The notes under the pieces were generated by a model. That model worked only from the letters and a program-made list of their open reading frames with translations, had not been told where the DNA came from and searched no databases. The translations under genes and the position numbers were made by a program. A DNA stretch of 20,102 nucleotides from an uncultured archaeon (lineage in GTDB: Archaea; Hadarchaeota; Hadarchaeia; Hadarchaeales; WYZ-LMO6): positions 1 through 20,102 of the forward strand of contig CALJER010000047.1 in NCBI GenBank assembly GCA_938074535.1, given 5' to 3'. Shown here piece by piece: positions 15,670 to 20,102 of the stretch (position 1 is the stretch's first letter; each line of letters begins with the position of its first letter).

Positions 15670-16451
15670 CTTTTCACCCCCGGGAGGAAAAGGGTGCCCA
15701 CCTCCTCCCCCCTGAGCAGGCGCTCCAGCACGTTCCTTTCGCCTGCCTTGGCCACCACCGCGGGTATCCCCGCAGAGCAGACCAGCTTGGCGGCCTGGAG
15801 CTTGGTCTTCATCCCCCCGAAACCTTTGCCTCCGGCCAGTTTCTCCAGCTGGGGGGTGAACTCCCTCACTTCGCGGAGGATCCTGACTCCTTTCTCCCGC
15901 TTGGGATCCCCCGTGTAGAGTCCGTTCACGTCCGAGAGCAGGATCAGAAGGTCGGCCTCGGACAGGATGGCCAGGTGGGCGGAGAGGAGGTCGTTGTCCC
16001 CGAACTTGATTTCCTCCACCGCTACGCTGTCGTTTTCGTTGACCACCGGCACGACGCCGCAGCTGCGCAGGGCTCGGAGGGTGTTCCTCAGGTTCTTGCT
16101 CCTCTCGGGATGAAGGAAGTCCTCTTTGGTGAGCAGCAGCTGGGCGATGGGCTGCCCGTATTTCCCGAAATACCTTTCGTACACGTTCATCAGAATCCCC
16201 TGCCCCACGGCAGCCGCTGCCTGCAGCATGGAAAGCTCCCCGGGCCTCCTCTTCAGCCCCAGCCTCCCCACTCCTGCCCCTATGGCCCCCGAGGTCACCA
16301 GCAGCACTTCCTTCCCCAGCCTCCTCAGGCTCATCACTTCCTTCACCACCTTCTTCACCTTCAGGGGGTCCAGCTTGGAGTTCTTGTCCGTCAGGCTGCT
16401 GGTTCCAACCTTCACCACGACCCTTTTCACCGCGGAGAAATCCCTTGCCAT
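15666..16451 (-). CDS. proB: Glutamate 5-kinase, short form without PUA domain
   Basis: VVVKVGTSSL, VTSGAI..G, QAAAAVGQ, NENDSV..EEIKFGDND.LSA, GGMKTKL.AA; ends at GTLFLP (261 aa). Confidence 0.95.
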   Translation of the reverse strand: MARDFSAVKRVVVKVGTSSLTDKNSKLDPLKVKKVVKEVMSLRRLGKEVLLVTSGAIGAGVGRLGLKRRPGELSMLQAAAAVGQGILMNVYERYFGKYGQPIAQLLLTKEDFLHPERSKNLRNTLRALRSCGVVPVVNENDSVAVEEIKFGDNDLLSAHLAILSEADLLILLSDVNGLYTGDPKREKGVRILREVREFTPQLEKLAGGKGFGGMKTKLQAAKLVCSAGIPAVVAKAGERNVLERLLRGEEVGTLFLPGVKR

Positions 16452-17299
16452 ATCCGAAAATCTCCCGTTCTCCCCTTATTTAAACTCTCAAACTCATCCA
16501 CCAGCGTCCTACGCATTTCCGCGCTCCTCAGAGTCGGTATCTTGGCCAGGTGTTCCGAGAATCTATCCACTGCCTGAGGGTCCGGCGGGAGCCGGAGGCC
16601 TCTGTACCCCACCCTCGCCAAAAAAAGACCCTCCGGTTGGGCGGGTTCCCACCCCCTCTTCCCCCCCGCCCTCGTGAGCTCCCAAAGCTCCTCCACCCCC
16701 GTCTCCCCTCTCCCCACCGAGAGGAGAGCACCCACCATCCTCCTTACCTGCTGGTAGAGGAAGTTGGTGGCCACGAAGTCCGCCTTGAGCACTCCCCCCT
16801 CAGCTCTTATCCCCACCAGGAAGAGTTTGCAGGAGCGGTACCGCCCGGGTTCCTGTTTGGAGAAAGGAGTGAAGGTGTGGGCGGTCTCCAAAAGCTTGGC
16901 GCCCCTCCTGGCTTCGCGGAGGTCAAAGGGCTCAGGGAGGGGCAGGACGTACCTGTAGTGCCTGAAGAGGGCTCCCCTTCTGGGACTGAAGGTGGGTGGT
17001 ACGGCCGCCGCCGACAGCACGCTGAGGTCGGGGGGAAGAAGGGAGTTCAGCTCGGCAGGGGTGGGTAGGCGGGGAGAATCGAAGGCCACCACCTGCTCGA
17101 GAGCCCCCACCCCGCGGTCGGTGCGCGCCGCGGCCTCGTACCTGACCTCCCGGGGGTTTTCCAGGAGGTCCGCCTTTCTCAGGTGCTGGAGAAGCACCCC
17201 TTCCACCGTGCGCTGCTTGGGCTGGCGGGCGAACCCAGAAAAGGAAGATCCCTCGTAGGCCAGCCTGAGTGCGACCCTCACCCTTTCGCCTGCCCCCAC
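16427..17299 (-). CDS. truA: tRNA pseudouridine(38-40) synthase
   Basis: LAYEGS.FSGF.RQP...TVEG, catalytic ARTDRGV.A..QV, R.YRY, FLYQQVRRMVG, PAQPEGL.L; GTG start after GGTGAGGA. Confidence 0.92.
   Translation of the reverse strand: MGAGERVRVALRLAYEGSSFSGFARQPKQRTVEGVLLQHLRKADLLENPREVRYEAAARTDRGVGALEQVVAFDSPRLPTPAELNSLLPPDLSVLSAAAVPPTFSPRRGALFRHYRYVLPLPEPFDLREARRGAKLLETAHTFTPFSKQEPGRYRSCKLFLVGIRAEGGVLKADFVATNFLYQQVRRMVGALLSVGRGETGVEELWELTRAGGKRGWEPAQPEGLFLARVGYRGLRLPPDPQAVDRFSEHLAKIPTLRSAEMRRTLVDEFESLNKGRTGDFRIWQGISPR
16476..16484 (-). promoter_or_regulatory. TATA-like box (TTTAAATAA) for proB, inside the 3' end of truA
   Basis: AT-rich island 25-33 nt upstream of the proB ATG 16451. Confidence 0.55.
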
Positions 17300-18198
17300 A
17301 TCCTCACCATCACCTGCAGGATTTCCTCCCTACTCATTTCCGGTGCTCCCTTCAGCTCTCGGTGCGCCCTTTCCAGGTTGCCCAGCAGCCTCTCCTTCTC
17401 CGTCCAGCTGTCGTACTTCCCGAGGTTTATCTCCGCCACGAGCTCTTCCACGGTTTTTCCCTCCCTCACACCCCTTTCTGCCTCCCTCCAGACCAGTCTC
17501 AAGTATTCCTCCGCTTCCCGTAAGGCCCCCTCCCCCCAGCTAAGCGCTCCGTGGCCGGGCACGTACACCCTGGCCTTCAGGGATTGGAGGAGCTCCAGGG
17601 TTTCGATGGAGCCCTTCACCGAGCCCATGAGAACGAAGGGGGTGCAGGGGGGAGAGAAGAGGAGGTCACCGCAGAAGACCACACCTTCCTTGGGGAGGTG
17701 GAGGAAGAGGTCTCCGTAGGTGTGGGCTGGACCGGGATGCACCATCCTGATCTCCCTCTCTCCCTCCTCGGTTTCCTGATGGAGGGTGAGGATCGTGTCA
17801 AAGGTCAGGTCCTGGGGGGAGACCCTCACCCCCTCCACCTCCAGCTGGGGGAAGAGGGTCAGGTAGAGGTGGGGATCGACCTCCCTCTCCCTCAGGGTGT
17901 CCTCCCTGCACCTCCGGTGACAGAGGGTTAGGAGGGGACGGAAGAGGTGGTTGGTCCAGAGGTGGTCGGCGTGGGCGTGGGTGTTGACGAGGTACCGGAC
18001 GGGGAGGTCCGTGACCCTGCGAATCTCCGCCAGGAACCTCTCCGCCCTCCTGACGCTCGCCACGGAGTCTATCACCACTACCTCCTTTCTCCCCACCAGG
18101 AAGCCCGCGTTGTTCACGAACCACTCCCCCCTGGGCTGGAGGTAGGCGTAAACCCCCGGGGAGAGTTCCACCGCCCTAGGTTCCCCTTCCCAAGCCAC
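17278..18198 (-). CDS. Metallo-beta-lactamase fold hydrolase (cyclase-like), substrate unknown
   Basis: NNAG, VIDS, NTHAHADH, AHTYGD, FCGDL, VPGHG; TTATTAA 22-28 nt upstream of the GTG start. Confidence 0.9.
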   Translation of the reverse strand: MAWEGEPRAVELSPGVYAYLQPRGEWFVNNAGFLVGRKEVVVIDSVASVRRAERFLAEIRRVTDLPVRYLVNTHAHADHLWTNHLFRPLLTLCHRRCREDTLREREVDPHLYLTLFPQLEVEGVRVSPQDLTFDTILTLHQETEEGEREIRMVHPGPAHTYGDLFLHLPKEGVVFCGDLLFSPPCTPFVLMGSVKGSIETLELLQSLKARVYVPGHGALSWGEGALREAEEYLRLVWREAERGVREGKTVEELVAEINLGKYDSWTEKERLLGNLERAHRELKGAPEMSREEILQVMVRMWGQAKG

Positions 18199-18275
18199 CG
18201 CATTCCTCTGGGCGGCGGGTTAATAAGTAGAGTGCGGTCGATAGAGAGTTTAGGAGGGGTTCTTAAGGTGAGTGG

Positions 18276-19076
18276 ATGAGGAAGGCGGTCCTCCTGCCCT
18301 TACTCCTTGTTTTGCTCCTGCTGGGCGGCTGGCGGTTTTTCCGCGAGGAGGGTCCGGGGTTCAGGTTTCTGGGTTGCTCTCTCGCACCGGGGGAGAACCT
18401 GGAGCTTGAGCTTTCCTACTCCACCCGTAAGGGCGTTCAGGTCACCCTCTTTGCTCCGGGAGGGGAAAACCTCGACAGCGCCTTCCTGCCGGAGAACGCC
18501 TCCACCGCCTCCCTTCTTTTCTCGCCGAAGGGGAGTTCCCCAGCGGGGGGGACCTACAGGCTCCTCTTCCAGCACGGGGGGAGGAAGGTCGCGGAGAACC
18601 TCCTCATCTTCTCCGGACCGAGGGTGGAGGTGGGGGAGGCAGTCTTCGGGTGGAGGAGGGAGAGCTGGCCCTGGGAAAACCTCCTGAGGGAGATGCGGAG
18701 GCTTTACCCGGGAGAGGACCCCGAGAGGAAGCTGGAGGAGTCCATCGAAGGGCTGCTGGAGAACTACCCCTGGGCGGACAGGGAGAAAGTACTGGAAAAC
18801 CACTGCTTCAACTTCTACGAGCTGAGGTACGTGAGGGTGAGGCTGCTCAACGCCGGGGATCTCCCGGCCTATGTGCTGGCGGTGAGCTGGAAGCTGGAGA
18901 ACATCCTCGTGGGAGGCCAGCAGGTGGGCGAATGGGTGGTACCGGGAGAGAAGGAATGGGAGTGGGAAACCTCCTCTTTCTACAGCCTGCCGGGGACGAG
19001 GATCCTTACGGTTGCGGTGCTGGAGGACTGGGGCAGGTTGCTGGTGGAGGACACGCGCCCCCTTTCCGTGCCCTAG
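18276..19076 (+). CDS. Hypothetical secreted or membrane-anchored protein, probably beta-sandwich domains
   Basis: MRK followed by hydrophobic AVLLPLLLVLLLLGGW; SD GGTGA upstream; beta-rich segments (GTYRLLF, VRVRLLNAGDLPAYV); host-like codons. Confidence 0.75.
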   Translation: MRKAVLLPLLLVLLLLGGWRFFREEGPGFRFLGCSLAPGENLELELSYSTRKGVQVTLFAPGGENLDSAFLPENASTASLLFSPKGSSPAGGTYRLLFQHGGRKVAENLLIFSGPRVEVGEAVFGWRRESWPWENLLREMRRLYPGEDPERKLEESIEGLLENYPWADREKVLENHCFNFYELRYVRVRLLNAGDLPAYVLAVSWKLENILVGGQQVGEWVVPGEKEWEWETSSFYSLPGTRILTVAVLEDWGRLLVEDTRPLSVP

Positions 19077-19254
19077 AGAGGTTTTCCCAGGATTTGCCCA
19101 CCGCTCCCACTGCGGGTCCAGCAAAAGAGAGGCAGGGCCAGGAAAAAAGTACGTGATTAAACAAGCACGCAGATGCATCGACTTCAAGCATTACTTGGTT
19201 GAGCGAGACGGCTTCGAGGTAAAGCACCACCCCAAGGAAGAAAGGATTTCCTCC

Positions 19255-20102
19255 TCCTGCGAACCATTTACCGAGCACCGCTTCGGCCAGCTTGCCGCGC
19301 ACGCTCTGGCTGATGCCGGGTGGGTTGCAGGCGTTGAAAGGATCCATGGCGTCGTCCCACCAGTAGCCCACGGACATGGGGCAGTTCACATAGTTCTTGC
19401 CCTCCAGCGCTCCCAGCAGGGCCTCGTAGGCATCGGCCTGCTGCTGCCAATCGCGCACCAAATTAGGATAGACATCACTCGGCTCGACCCATTTCTCCTT
19501 TATGGCCCCGACGTAGCTCTGGAATTGAACGTGTAACATGACCTTCTTTCCATATGCGTTGGCCGCTGGTGCTATCCTATGCGGGAGGGCTTGCTCAAAA
19601 ACGGGCTGCATCTCAGCTATGCTGGGGGTGTCCGAGTTCGGGATCTGAAGCCTGTCATGTCCACGTAAATGAAATCGGCCGCGTCCCACATGGTCAAAAG
19701 ATCTGGCGATGATGGTTCCTTTACGTCGAGTATGTCGATTAGGCCAACTGCCACCAGCCCGCTGTAGACTCCCCGGAACCCGGTTCACGACTTCTCTGAT
19801 TTTGCCTGAGGTGCATGCATAGTCGGGGACTTATTAACTTGCTGCATGGGAGCTGGGTTACCGCCGCCGAATTGAACTGAGAAACTGCTCCCTGCCGTCG
19901 TATAAGGAACGGTGAGTGTGAACTTCACCGCGACTGGTTCACGTCCGGAAAATGTCGTATCCGGTCCTTTCGAAGCCTTCCTCTCCAGCTACCTCAAACT
20001 CATAATATCCCGTCGAGTCCGTGGTTGAAGCCCGGCCGGACCATCCAGATGAACGGTAACTCCAGCTATCGGCTTGCCCGCGTTGTCCGTGACATAACCT
20101 TT
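19255..20102 (-). pseudogene. Decayed remnant of a modular surface glycoside hydrolase-like gene (runs off the window edge)
   Basis: Fragments in different frames: KGYVTDNAGKPIAGVTVHLDG / ASTTDSTGYYEFEV (carboxypeptidase-regulatory-like), VKFTLTVPYTT..PMQQV (CBM20-like, weak), DWQQQADAYEALL...GYWWDD...SVRGKLAEAVLGKWF (TIM-barrel glycoside hydrolase C-terminus, GH113-like); visibly lower GC. Confidence 0.55.

Noticed and set aside
19106-19122. CCCACTGCGGGTCCAGC loosely resembling the tRNA-Ala 3' end near the compositional break
   Set aside because: Short, mismatched and in the opposite orientation; not credible as an att site
19006-19788. 260-aa and 174-aa ORFs (19006-19788 minus, 19012-19536 plus) as intact genes
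   Set aside because: Only the central part of the minus ORF looks like real protein; the ends lack start signals and overlap the neighbouring gene, so it is treated as a pseudogene fragment
1-20102. CRISPR arrays, IS elements, rRNA, selenocysteine or pyrrolysine readthrough
   Set aside because: No regularly spaced repeats, transposase motifs or rRNA-like sequence seen; the hydrogenase Ni ligands are all Cys with no in-frame TGA

Overview
GC-rich, densely packed archaeal chromosomal window. Archaeal origin is supported by TATA-like boxes about 22-33 nt upstream of starts, GGTGA Shine-Dalgarno sites, a tRNA gene without encoded CCA, pantoate kinase and an Sm protein. The lineage cannot be determined from the sequence alone. 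In order: an SDR plus MaoC-type hydratase pair (resembling a split MFE-2), a four-gene group 3b [NiFe] sulfhydrogenase operon, a convergent thiolase, a solitary PIN-domain gene, tRNA-Ala(CGC), a Ku plus ATP-dependent ligase operon (minimal NHEJ) divergent from an Sm/Lsm gene, a small winged-helix gene, two small hypothetical genes (one missed by the ORF track), a nitroreductase, a long minus-strand run (MBL hydrolase, truA, proB-proA-proC, coaD, coaBC, pantoate kinase), a membrane-anchored hypothetical, and a lower-GC decayed remnant of a modular surface glycoside hydrolase. The most notable observations are the archaeal Ku-ligase/Sm module, the acyl-CoA enzymes flanking the hydrogenase, a Cys-to-Asp change in the hydrogenase small subunit, and a probable CTG start codon for proC. 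All calls come from motif reading; no searches were run.
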